A stretch of DNA of 64,000 nt from Octopus vulgaris (taxonomy: Eukaryota), in assembly GCA_951406725.2 (NCBI GenBank), contig OX597818.1, positions 110,360,001-110,424,000 of the forward strand. The letters are read 5' to 3'. Position 1 is the first letter of the stretch. Each line of letters begins with the position of its first letter. Under the pieces are notes generated by a model. That model was not told where the DNA came from, searched no databases, and saw only the letters and a list, made by a program, of their open reading frames with translations. The position numbers were made by a program, and so were the translations under genes. Of this stretch, positions 46,651-59,313 are shown one piece after another.

Positions 46651-46933
46651 TATAATTTTTGGCGAATGTGTGGGTGAGCATGTGTGTTTCAAGTGAGGGT
46701 GGATGAGTATATACATATAGGCGCATGTACGTGGTTGGTTGTGCGGGTGCGCATGTATGTGTATGGCCATGCACGCTTACGCGAATACTATGAACATTTA
46801 TACTCCCTTACCTTTACTCCCTCCCCTCACTTAGCGGTGATTCTAATAGCTCTATTGTCTTAATAACGGTCAATCACAACACTAATTTCCCTTAGTTTAA
46901 CGGTCATTTTCATACCATTTTTTCCGATAGCCG

Positions 46934-46994
46934 GATAACTGAAGTGATGACGGCGTGGGTTTCCGTCCCGACATCCGAAACTCGGAGTTTTATC
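46934..46994 (+). ncRNA. Hammerhead-like motif homologous to 45668-45730
   Basis: gataa-CTGAAGT-gatg...catcc-GAAAC-TCGGA-GTT-ttatc; same stems, different loop II sequence. Confidence 0.55.
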
Positions 46995-47031
46995 ATGGCT
47001 ACCGAATAATTGTCACATATTATATTTACAG

Positions 47032-47072
<41 letters not shown>

Positions 47073-47078
47073 TACACA

Positions 47079-47466
47079 AGAGTTACGGAATGGAGCAGAT
47101 AAGATTCGGGCTACGTATGTTTCATAACGAGTAGAAACTCAGAAGAGGTAAATATTCAAGCGAGGTGTATACAGCGGGCTACAAGTCAGGCCAGTGGTAT
47201 CTTGATTAAATGAACGTTTACATTGTCCCTAGGAGGTACATGTTAACACATGAGAGATTCGATCAGAAGCAACTTTCACTCGGATTGAACTTTCCACACG
47301 TTAACATGTACCTCCTTGCTACAATATAATCTTTCATTTAAACTAGATGACCTTGGCCTGAAGAGTATCCTGCGTATACACCTCGCTTGGATATTTACTA
47401 CTTCTGAGGTTCCACTCGCTATGAAACATATGCAGTATGGATCTTTTCTGCTCCAATCTGTAGCTC
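47079..47466. mobile_element. Inverted pair of PLE-like repeats (arms about 180 bp), each with a long-stem-II hammerhead-like motif
   Basis: Arms 47079-47265 and 47280-47466 are diverged reverse complements. Further copies at 3289-3396 (+) and 49621-49815 (-). Consensus ggc-CTGAAGA-gtagc...gctat-GAAAC-ATAC-GTA-gcc. Confidence 0.75.
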
Positions 47467-47889
47467 AGACATTAAAATCTCTGCACGAATTCCATATAGA
47501 TATACTTTTATAATATTTTATATACACACGTTTTTTAAAAGTTTTTTTTTTCGTATTTTTTTCAAGAGATAACACTTTCAGGAAATTTCTATAAAAACGC
47601 TATCTTGAATTTTGATTTTAGGTTTTATATCTTCAAACATCACACACACGCATACACATATACACACATACATATATACATATATAAATGTGTTAATGTT
47701 TGTTTTTATGTTCAGTTCCAGTAAAAACAATTTCACATTAATCTGATGGGTTACTCTGTACTTTAGTAAATTATAAATTCATTTTTCTTAAGCAAGAATT
47801 TTGCTCTTAGTGTCTTCGAAGTTTCGGCTGGTTAAGCCATCGTCTGCCCGACGATTGCATAAGTGTCAATATTATTCTTGCTTACTAAT

Positions 47890-48115
47890 AATAATTATCC
47901 TTTCTGCTACAGGCACAAGGCCTGAAATATTGGGGGAGGAGACTAGTCTGTTACATCGACCCGAGTGTTTCACTGGTACTTAATTTATCGATCCCGGAAG
48001 GATGAAAGGCAAAGTCGACCTTTACGGAGTTTGAACTTAGAACGTAGCGGCAGATGAAATACCGCTAAGCCTTTCGCCCGGCGTGCTAACATTTCTGCCA
48101 TGTCACCACCGCCTT
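47890..48115 (-). mobile_element. SINE (family 3), near full length
   Basis: Minus strand ggcagaaatgttagcacgccgggcgaaa...gttctaagttcaaactccg...gtcgactttgcctttcatcctt...ggccttgtgcctgtagcagaaaggat. Confidence 0.75.
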
Positions 48116-48134
48116 TTTAATAATAATTTAATTA

Positions 48135-48222
<88 letters not shown>

Positions 48223-48234
48223 CAGTGTAAACAA

Positions 48235-48480
48235 CCCTTTCGATCATGAATGACCATTGAATTGCAGCTAGAAAGTTCTCCTTCGAGGCTCAAGTCCGGG
48301 CAATGTTATTTTGTGGAAGACCAGCAGTCGCCCATGATGCATGGGCGACTGCTGGTCTTCCAGCCTCCCCTCTCCACTGGTGTTATCCAAGGGAACGGCA
48401 AAAGGGTAGATACAGCTTGGTACCAGTGACGTCGCAGCTCATTTCTACAGCTGAGTGGACTGGGACAACATGAAATAAGA
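48235..48480 (-). mobile_element. Family 2 SINE 3' part with an internal 23-bp inverted duplication
   Basis: Reverse-complement match to 5235-5445. Confidence 0.75.
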
Positions 48481-48801
48481 ATAAAGTGTCATACGGGTAT
48501 ATATGCACACATACTTGTTTGCATACATGTCTGTGTATATGCACCTCTACGTGTGTGTGTGTGTTTGTTTATAGTTTGAATAAATTTACAACAGAGCGTT
48601 GCGCGTTTGTAGAAATAGAAACTAATGTTTGGAATGCGTGGTTTGAAGTCAATTTCTCTTTTATTATTTGTAAAGAAATAAATTTTTGATAAAGTGAGTT
48701 TGAAGGATATAAATGACAATAATAATAAGAAAAAAACTTAATTTCAAGAATAAATGGTAAACTGGCTGAAGATGAAATATATATATGGAAATACATTATG
48801 A

Positions 48802-48849
<48 letters not shown>

Positions 48850-49037
48850 GAAAGAAAGAGAGAAAGAAAGAAAAAATATAGTACGAAAATACAAAACATG
48901 AAATTTGTGAGAAAAATTAGAAAAATATGAAAGAGCATAAATAAAAGAAGAACTGAAAAAATAAATGGAGAAATATTTGTAAAAAATGTAAAGGACAAGG
49001 AAGACAAAGACAGAAAGAAAAAGATTACATACTATTG

Positions 49038-49070
<33 letters not shown>

Positions 49071-49071
49071 C

Positions 49072-49147
<76 letters not shown>

Positions 49148-49182
49148 CTATGTGTGTGTATGTATGTATATATGTATGTATG

Positions 49183-49226
<44 letters not shown>

Positions 49227-49657
49227 ATAAGTTAAAAATTGTCTGAAGTCGTTAGACACCTGCTGTTTTGTCCTGCTATTACTATTCTTGTTTTTTATTT
49301 CTATTTTTTGTTTCTTGTATTTATATCCGTGTGGCATCCTGTCCTTGTTTCTTATACATTCGATCCTCTTTCCAAGAAATCTAAGGCCCGTAGCTTAGTC
49401 TTTCTCTGGGGCTGGCCGTGATCGGAGCGATATCAGGATTAATCAGCCGAAATTGCTAAGATGATCCGGTTCCTGACTGAAGATTAGAGGCTTCGAATGA
49501 CCCGTCTGTTTTTTTGTATCGTCTCTTTGTGTGTTTTTGCGTTCTTGTCCCATTTTGTAATTTATATTTAATTTCTATACATATATATACATATATATAT
49601 ACATATATATATATATATATGAGTTAAGGAATTAAAGAATGGAGTAGATACGATCTG

Positions 49658-49742
49658 GGCTACGTATGTTTCATAGCAGAGCGGAACCTCGGAAGTGGTA
49701 AATATCCAAGCGAGGTGTATACTGCTGGCTACTGTTCAGGCC
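49658..49742 (-). ncRNA. Type I hammerhead-like motif with extended stem II
   Basis: ggc-CTGAACA-gtagc...gctat-GAAAC-ATAC-GTA-gcc. Confidence 0.6.
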
Positions 49743-50288
49743 AAGGGTATCTTGATTAAATGAGCTATACATTGTCGTTAAGAGGTGCATGTTGGCACAC
49801 GAAAGATTCGACCGAATAAGGGTCCTTATGAGCCTGCTTGTGATGGTCCCTAGGTAACCTGTATCAAGTGACTTTACCACAGTCATCGTATTTCAAAAGC
49901 CAAATCCCGGTATTTTTTTCTATTTTCTCCTCTTCTTTGGCTACTATATTCATGTCTGCACCATCAATGATGTTGCACTGTTTTTATCCTTTCTCAACAA
50001 CCATAATATCTGGTTACCTGGCATGAATTTCCCGATCAGCCTATACTTTAAAAAAATCGCATAAAATCTTATCTTGTTCGTGCTCTATAACACTTTCTGG
50101 TTGATATTCCTACCATTTTTTACCAACCTTAAACCTTCTTCGACGTAATATTTCCCAGTGTAGTGTCTCGGCCACTCAGTCGTGTCTACATTTTTATACT
50201 TGAATTTGATAGCCGGTACCCGAGGACGGACTTAATAAACCAAACTTCAAGGTTAAAACCAAGTGAACTTAATGTGCGCGTGTGTGTT

Positions 50289-50337
<49 letters not shown>

Positions 50338-50558
50338 ATGCGTGTATATATATATGTGTGTGTGTGTGTATGTATGCGTGTATACATATATGGGTGTGTA
50401 TGTATGCATGTATGTATTATGTACGTATATGTATAAGTGTATGCATGTAGGTATGAATCTATATGTATGATAGTATATGTGTGGAAATGTGTGTGTGTCT
50501 ATGCATATAAATATGTGTATATGTATATGCATATATATATGTGTATGTGTGAATGTGC

Positions 50559-50604
<46 letters not shown>

Positions 50605-50835
50605 TATAATTAAGGGCTAAAGAGGGTTATTCTAAAGCCAAATACACTGTTTTATCCACTTATAATCCGCTTGTTACAGGAAAATTGTATATATATATAT
50701 ATATATTTGTGTATGCATGTAGGTATGAATGTATGTATGTATGTATGATAGTATGCGTGGGCAAATATGTGTGTGTCTTCTGCATATATATGTATATATG
50801 TATATACTTATATGTATGTGTGAATGTGCATGTAT

Positions 50836-50899
<64 letters not shown>

Positions 50900-51413
50900 T
50901 TGCGTGCGCATGTGTGTAGTAAATCAGGTGCGATAAGACAATCCAGATATTTACCTTTAAGGTCACTTCTATGATTAGCAGATGTCTGATAATTGCTCAA
51001 CAAGAATTATTCCCCTATGAAATTGTGTAGTTTCAAATGAACGAAGAATACGCAAATTCCATTTCCGTCGTAGAGTTTTAAGAAGAAAAACTGTAGATTC
51101 TGGTATTACTTTTATTTGACAATAAACAATTGTATAAACAACTCCATTGTGGCTAATCTCACCATTATGTTTATAAACATGTCGATTATTGAGGATCGTG
51201 TGGATGATGTCAAGCAATGCCTCTGTATAACTATGCATGGAATTGTCTCGTTAGAACTCTTTATGGATGGCTGTGTTTTGTGTACCACATAGCATACACG
51301 ACTCGATTACTAATAAGACATATGCTTATTAGCATAACGCCGGATTAGTCACCATAGAAATTGTAAACTGCGGAATAAGGTTGTATCAAAAACTCTAATC
51401 GTTAATCTTTATA

Positions 51414-53529
51414 TCAAGCAAAGAAAAGTTTCTGCCTTTCCCGGCCAATGGAAGGAGGTGGGACAATCTTGATGATGGACTCAGTTGACAACTGTACTTC
51501 TCCCAGACGTGACAGCAGATGTTCTACGTAAAACCATAGATCCGAAATCAACGGACACTGTACGTTAGTGTGCAGAACAGTTTCGTTGCTCTGTCCGCAT
51601 CTCGGACATGTCCGTGTCTGCACATCTGCGCCTGAAGAGTTTATCGCGATCAAGAAGAGCTCCTCGGTAGCATTTCCAGGCCAGAGATTTCTGGTAGTTA
51701 ACCATGGGCCCTGGCCCAAACATCCTCCGGAACAGACTGGTGAGTCATCGAGGCCCAGAGCATCATCGCACTTACCAGCCACTAACCCTCTATAAAAAGA
51801 CAAGGTAGAACCCCCGCTACTCGCATTGCCCGTGATCCATGAGTTCAATTCGCGAAAGGAGTCGCTAAAGGAATTGAAATGTACGAAGCTCAGTTTCACG
51901 AAAGGAGACCACATCTGTTCACTGTCTCGGTAGATCTGGAGATATCTCATGTCTGTGCATTTTCAGCCAAGGCATCCCCAGTCCTCTTTTTAGCGGTAGT
52001 TGACGGCAAATAGAACGTCTGACCAGTGGTCCTCTGTCTCTCCACAAAAAGCGGAAGAGCAGGCGCTTCCGCTTGACCAGGCACGAATCTGGGCAAGGCA
52101 CGTTGGTTAGGCGGTAGGTGATGATGGAAGCGATAAACACATTCCCTACTATCGTTGGCTGACCGAATGCACGATGCTGAACGGCTCTGAAAGATGATCG
52201 TTCATCAATCTACCGATTTAATGTTTCCGTATAAGGCGGTGATGCAACCACAGAAGTCCGGGCCAAACCTGGCCGCTTCGAGATCTACCGAGAGATAGCG
52301 ATGGTCAACCCTATCGAATGATTTAGACTGATCTAAATGTATCAGTACCCCGCCCATGCCAGGGCTATTAACCACCCTGTCTATGGTGTAGTGTATGAGG
52401 TGGAGGATGTCGTGGATTATTTTGGATGGAATGGTGCATGATTGCGCCTTCCCAACCAGTTCGTCGATGACAAGCGGCAACCTCTGGCCTAGCACCTTGG
52501 CCAAAATATTTTGACCACATTTGTAACAGCTGGGCCATCGACCATCCACCATGAGTCGGAGGGCTGTGCCATCTGGTAAATTTATTAAAACGGGTATAAT
52601 CTCGAGATCCTTCTATGTGGCCTGTATGATGATTTCGAGGCCTTCGCCCCAACAGTTTTGTTGATGCAGCTTCGTGACCTGCAGTATGGAAACGCTACTT
52701 TCCAAATCGATCAAAACAGCGGCCACGAGCCATACTACGTCCGTTTCTGGTGGAAACACCCCAATTGTTATTTTAGACGTATGTTTACCCATATAAGTTG
52801 GCAGTAGCACCAGTTCATTAGTTTTCAAAGGCACTGTGGAGGGTTGCTTTGCTTCTTCGGAAGCGAACCTTACTTCCAGAGTGCCGTATCTTTTTCCTTT
52901 GCCCACGTATTTGGTATCGCCCCAAATGGGCTGAAGGCACTTTTTTCTATTGTTTCCTTTGGCATATGTTTGACTTTTAAATATTATTGCTTTTTTTCAA
53001 GCCGTTTGTTGAATTCTGTCACCGGGTGGGATTAAGTTTATATTGTTCCCTTCACGCTCTGCTAAGCTTTTGTATTTTTCTGGGTCTTCCTGGTTTATAG
53101 TTGCAATAGACCCGAAACCGCGTTGGTTTGGTTTGCTGAATTTATTTTCTTTGTCAATTCTTTTTCATTGTTTGGCATTGAGGGTTCCTTTGTAGAAATT
53201 GTATATTTCTGATTTTTTCTTGGCTTACCTCCTGTTCGCAACAGGAAAGTGTTGGGAACATTTTGTGGTACATCTCGTTGAGCCTGTTGATATTGACGGG
53301 GGGTTGTCTTTGTTTTTGCTGGAAGCCATAATTTCAAAAATGTGTAAATAAATTACACAAGAAGTTGCAAAGAAAAAATTCGATTTGCCCCGTAAAGGGG
53401 GAATTTCTAGACTCGATAACACACAAAATTCACACGAAAATACAATTTAGATAGACAAATAGCAGAACACGTCCAATCGGTAAGAAATTGCCGAACCGTC
53501 ATACGTCGTCTAAGGACGGGAGAGTCTGT

Positions 53530-53530
<1 letters not shown>
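51414..53530 (-). mobile_element. L1/Tx1-clade LINE, degenerate and internally deleted
   Basis: ORF1 pieces (MASSKNK..., GTLEVRFASEE, CYKCGQ knuckle); RT pieces ILAKVL...LDQSKSFDRVDHRYL; thumb LFRFLW...GLGMP; C-terminal CPRCG..ETVLH..VQC. The 5' end abuts (TA)n. Confidence 0.9.
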
Positions 53531-53626
<96 letters not shown>

Positions 53627-54085
53627 CACGCACACGCACGCACTGAAGAAAACCCTAACCGCCAAATAGGAATTAGGCATATATGTGCGGTACTTCTATC
53701 AGCCGTTTTAGGGGTCTAAGTAGTTCAGATTATATGCGCCCTTTATATCGACGTATGTACGCACCCACACACACACACAAACAAACACGTACAAACACAC
53801 ATGTATATATATACATTCGTGTGTATATAGATATGACGAAATATTTCCATCTTTCTATCTATTTTTTAACTCTTTAACTCTCGTTTACGCTGTGCATCTT
53901 TTTCTTTCTTGCTTTCTTTCTTTTCTTCTAACTTCCGGTCGACATTTGCTCGTGCTTCACAAGAGGAAGTGACATTTGTAAAGGTTACACCGGAAGATGC
54001 AATTTCTATGATTACGGCATTGATACGATATATATATCATCATAGTATAGATATATGTTATCATATATGCATGTGCGCGCATATG

Positions 54086-54142
<57 letters not shown>

Positions 54143-54648
54143 ACACACACAGAGACAGAGATAGGAATGGAAACGTACGTCTTATTTTGTTTCTTGCTGT
54201 TTGATGCAGTGTACAAGCTCCGTTCGAAAATATCCACCACAATACGGTGAATAATAGTTTCTGTTATGTATGGAAGCAAGTCAAGCTAAATTATACACAC
54301 GCGGTATGCAGTCTTGATCGTCGAAACACCAATTCCGATGCGGCTACCGAAAGCGATTTAAGCGTTGTTTGAGAAACACCTGTCTTGCGGTGCAGACATA
54401 CATAGATATACGTATATACATACATATATGCACGTATGTATGTATCAACATATTTCGAAGTTTGTCTTAATATCGACGACTCTCTGTTGAAACATCAGCA
54501 TTACAATTTAGAGAATAACTGTATGCGTTATGTATACATTTGAAAATTTAAGTATCAGAGTGTAGGAAGTGAACTTCAAGCAGTGCGTAGAAAATATTAA
54601 AAAAACAACTTTCAGGGACAATAGTGTCTTATATATATATATGTGTGT

Positions 54649-54709
<61 letters not shown>

Positions 54710-54789
54710 ATAATAATAATTTGAGGGAATATTATTCCTAACTTACAGGGAAAAATTCAATTTAGAAATACTAAATCAAATTTCACAAA

Positions 54790-54841
<52 letters not shown>

Positions 54842-55557
54842 TTAGAAAAAAAACACCTTTTAACAATTCAAAATGAACAATTAAATTACACCATCTAGAA
54901 AATTACATATAATAGAAATATTAAATATAAGATAAAAATAATATATCGATGATGTGCATTTAGGAAACTGTGTATATGCATACATACATACATAAGGACG
55001 ACTATTGACAAGTACGTACATACACATACGTATTCGCATCTCCATTCACACACACACACACATACACACACGCACACATAGACGTGCACACACACACACG
55101 AATATGTATGTGTATATTTGTACGTAAGTATGTACTACATATTTCTGAATATCATATCCCTTTGTACTCTGAATCTTAAGTGCAAAAACATTTCCCTTAA
55201 TATACTCGTAACACGCGGTTTTGTACTTAAAATGATTTGCAGTATATTTCGGGATCCTGTAAGTTTCTCAACAGAATTTTGTTTCCTCTCTTATGAATAC
55301 GTTCATATAATTTCCATCTTTTCATTGAATAGAGACAACAGAATGTAACGAACGATTGCACGCACAAATAGATCTAATTCTCTAAAATAGCTTTATGCTG
55401 TGTGTACCTGCATTGTAAATCGTATATCATTCAGGGGGCTTCGTTGAGGTCGAATTCATGGAAGATTTAATATCTCCTGTAAAAAAGTGCGATGCACCAA
55501 AAGCATCTTACACATTATATATTGTGGCAAATTAGCAAACACACACATACACAAATA

Positions 55558-55603
<46 letters not shown>

Positions 55604-55609
<6 letters not shown>

Positions 55610-56050
55610 TAATTTAGGGGATCTAAGAGATATCATCACGCTTGAAATAGCAGCCAAAACGTGACTAAAACAACATTAATGTTTCATACAGCACCAGCAG
55701 AGAAAGCAAAAAGATAAAAAAAAAAAAAATTTCTGAATAATTCCAGATCCCGGATTTCTGCCTCTGCATAAGAAATGCTTTGCCTCATCAGTGGAATATA
55801 CGCAGCATATAAATACAAATATATATATATATATATATATAAAACATACGAATACTTACAGATACGAACGTATACATATATATATATATATATATATGCA
55901 CGTATGCACACGACCAGTTTAAATTTTTTTGCTAGTTTATTTTGTCTTCTCTCCTGGTGCTGTATGAACTTTTAATGTGGTTTAAGAGTCAAGTTTTGGC
56001 TGCTATTTCAAGCGAGGTGGTATATCTTAGATACCTTAAATTATAATTTA
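55604..56050. mobile_element. Inverted pair of PLE-like ends; hammerhead at 55741-55796 (minus)
   Basis: 55604-55730 and 55920-56050 are diverged reverse complements; a third copy lies at 8890-8980. Confidence 0.7.
55741..55796 (-). ncRNA. Type I hammerhead ribozyme motif, canonical core
   Basis: ttcca-CTGATGA-ggc..gcat-ttctt-atgc..gca-GAA-ATCC-g-GGAT-C-tggaa. Predicted cleavage after AUC; the first stem II pair is mismatched. Confidence 0.7.
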
Positions 56051-56104
56051 ATAATAATTATTACCATTGAAGGTTTTTATTCCCATGATGGCCACTTGAT
56101 AAGT

Positions 56105-56151
<47 letters not shown>

Positions 56152-58919
56152 TTTTTATTTTTTCAGACATTTGACTGCGACCATGCTGGAGCACCGCCTT
56201 TAGTCGAGCAAATTGACCTCAGGATTTATCCTTTGTAAGCTTAGTACTTATTCTATCGGTTTCTTTTGCCGAACCAAATATTCCGGATAAAATTTGGGTC
56301 TCTTGATTGGCATTGGTGATACCAATTTCTACCATGGTAATAAGCTGTTTTTTTTTATAGCGGTGGAGGGAGTGATGATGGTTTTAGTTGTGGCGGTGGT
56401 TGAGGCTGTAGTTGTGAGATAGAGTTAATTTTGTAGTAACTATCATATTAAGGGAAATGGTATTGTTATTGTATGCTGGGCAGTTGGTGTGTCAGTGCTT
56501 TGATCCTGCTTGAATAGGCTTTTACCCCAGGAGATTCCACCTCAAGATTCATCACCTCAACCATCGGAATACTGCACCATTTGAAGTGCCAAAAAAGGAA
56601 AGTTATAACTGTCAAAAGAAACATTGGAGGTTTACAGGAATCTACTTGCAAGGTTGATTTTCTTTGCATGGCAAAAGCATTGACATTCAACATCTCATAG
56701 TTCACTGCTTTGGTCCATTGGCACTAATCACAGAAACAATTACCTTCGTTAAGACCGACAAGGTATCCATTATGCAAAACCTAGAATCTGCCCAGGAAAA
56801 GATTCTGTAGCTATAATCACTAAAAGTGGCATTTGGAACTTAATGAGAGGATTATGATGCATCATGTTTCCATCCTTCAAATCGCACACATTAACTATGG
56901 TTATATTGGAATGGAGATTCTCATTTAGAGAAATACAAGATGGTCTTACTGGAAATATCTTTGATCATAGAACTGACCGACCTAAGGCTAAACATTAACG
57001 TATGTAAGATATAGATAATATTTTACTATATAATCTATACACTTTTTTTAGCTTCAGTTAATTTTGGAACACTATTATTTTTCTATAAATTTGCCCAATA
57101 AAAACCATAACGCAATAAATTTAGGTCATTCTTCTTCCATGAATTATACCCACAGCTGGCAGTGGTGACAATTCTTCAGGTGATTCTATCACATCATTAT
57201 GACAATAAATTTTAAACAATGTCGCAGTCACGGCGTTAATTCCATTTTTCAGTTGTCTCTCTTTTTTCTTTTCTTTGCAGCCAAATTTCAGAAACTACAT
57301 CAATTTCAACGAACCAAGAATTAATTTCCAGCTAACATTCTTAAATGCTATTAGTTGTTGTTGTTGTTTACTGAACGAACCGAATGTATTACACAAGCGT
57401 TTGTCGAAAATTAAGCAGTTTTCTACTAGGACCTGTTATCTACAGACATCTTGGTGTTCCACCATGTCAAAACGACAATTGATTTTCTTCCCATTTCTTT
57501 TAAAATTTTCCTTTCTCATGCTAAGCGCGCTGATACAAGATTGAACCGTGTGACATATGCATTTGTTTGCATGAACATCGTTGAAAGGCAATGCTTCTCT
57601 GTGCTTGAGAGTATGGCCGTCAGCGTGCTTAGTTTACGTTGTTTGAAATCAGTATCGTTGTATATGTCCCATAACTTAGGAATTCGACAAATCGAAGGGA
57701 AAAAACTTAATATTTTGCTTGTGGTCATGAAAAATCTGGAAATACTTGAACTATGGCATCATCGTGTGATGATGATGTAAGCAATTATTTTTATCAAGGA
57801 GTATTCTATATTCTCCAAATCTCAATACACTTCGAACAAATTCTTTAGACAAATCATCGGCCAAAAGAATGGTTCTAATATTCTTTGTTAAGCTAATTCC
57901 TGTTACGTGCCTCCTTAAATGGCTTCAAGTAAGCTTTTAACTCATCTGCTTTAGTGCTCTTTGGAATTACAGGCGAAGTCTGGCGAAAGTTTCTTGATAG
58001 GAAAGTGTTAATAGTTAATAGTTCAGAATTTCTAAAAATTTGGAATCTCTTGTTTCTTTTAATAGTTCTGATGTTGATCCATGATTGGTATGAGGAAGTC
58101 GATACTCAGGCAACTCATTCCTCCTCATAGATAGAAGTTTGTTATTTCTGTATTATTTCTTTCATTAACAATCGATGCTGCTTTTTAGACTTCATCACTG
58201 AATCCTATTTTCCTGTCCGGCCATTGCAATAGAATTTGGTATCGGTAATCTCTTGCAAGATTGTTACTGGATCTGAGCTGCGTTAAAATTGAAGCTCCTT
58301 AAATGGCAGTGGAGTAGCAAACGGTGATTTCAAGCTACCTCTTGCTCAAGATACAGAAATCTCTGACATAGCTGACACCCAATGACTATCATCCTACAAC
58401 AGTCCTAATCTAAAACGTATTTCTGTTTATGAAATACAAACATGACCATCAAATGCTTGAAAGCCGAGAAAAAATGTGGAATCATGGATTTCATGAAGAA
58501 AAGCTCAAAAGCATTGTTGCTGAGTTGAAAGCGCAGAATAAACTCTTCACAAAACATTGTGAACTAAGATTCCAGGATAGCCTTCACCTCAGCCCCTCTT
58601 TTTCTGCAATTTCTTGTTTATTGTTTAATGTATAACAAGACGGTAATGAACAGTATGATAGGGGTTTAGAGAAAGAATCATGTAAAGTATGAGAAATTTC
58701 TGTCGTGAAATATATTCTTTGTCCATTTTTTAAAAAATGAACTATCAGTTGCTCTACTGGGGGATACCGTTCATGGATAGCGAAGCTAAATATTCTTCAA
58801 AATGTCTCATTGCTACAAAAATACCATCTGGAATTGCCTGACTTCATGTTGAAATGTCTGTTGAAGAGTGAACATTGCGACATAAGAACCCTTGTTAACA
58901 TATTTGCAAATATACATTA

Positions 58920-59313
58920 CTAGCAGTATCGCCCGGCGTTGCTCGGGTTGTAAGGGAAATAACTATATAAGCATTTTTAGAGAGTTATAGCCAAAAAATA
59001 GCAAAAAAATGCATTAAAAATTGAAAAAAAATTAAGGTAAATTTTTTTTTTAAATCGTTGACACATCGTAGATATTTTTAGAGAGTTACTTCCCTTATAT
59101 AAAAGCGAAAAAATGCATTAAGATGGAAAAATATGATGGTAAATTTTTTTAAATCGTAGACTCATCGTAGACGCGCGCTAATACCCAGAAGGGCTCGATA
59201 TGAATCACGACTATAAGATACCCGGTTTTGGTTAAACTGCACCGCAAAATGTGGGAGTAGTTACGAATCTAAATCGTAGGAGACAGACACACAACTTCAC
59301 TCTTATATAAAGA
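58920..59313 (-). mobile_element. Complete non-autonomous Helitron
   Basis: 5' TC (tctttatataagag), 3' hairpin cccgagcaacgccggg followed by CTAG; A before the 5' end and T after the 3' end. Confidence 0.92.

Noticed and set aside
57516-57728. MADF-like/Harbinger ORF (PKLWDIYNDTDFK)
   Set aside because: The region is better explained as helicase motif V/VI remnants collinear with the Helitron fossil.
58295-58385. Plus-strand FKLPL motif suggesting an inverted helicase segment
   Set aside because: The minus strand here continues collinear Helitron homology (DDSHWVSAMSE...), so the match is probably chance.
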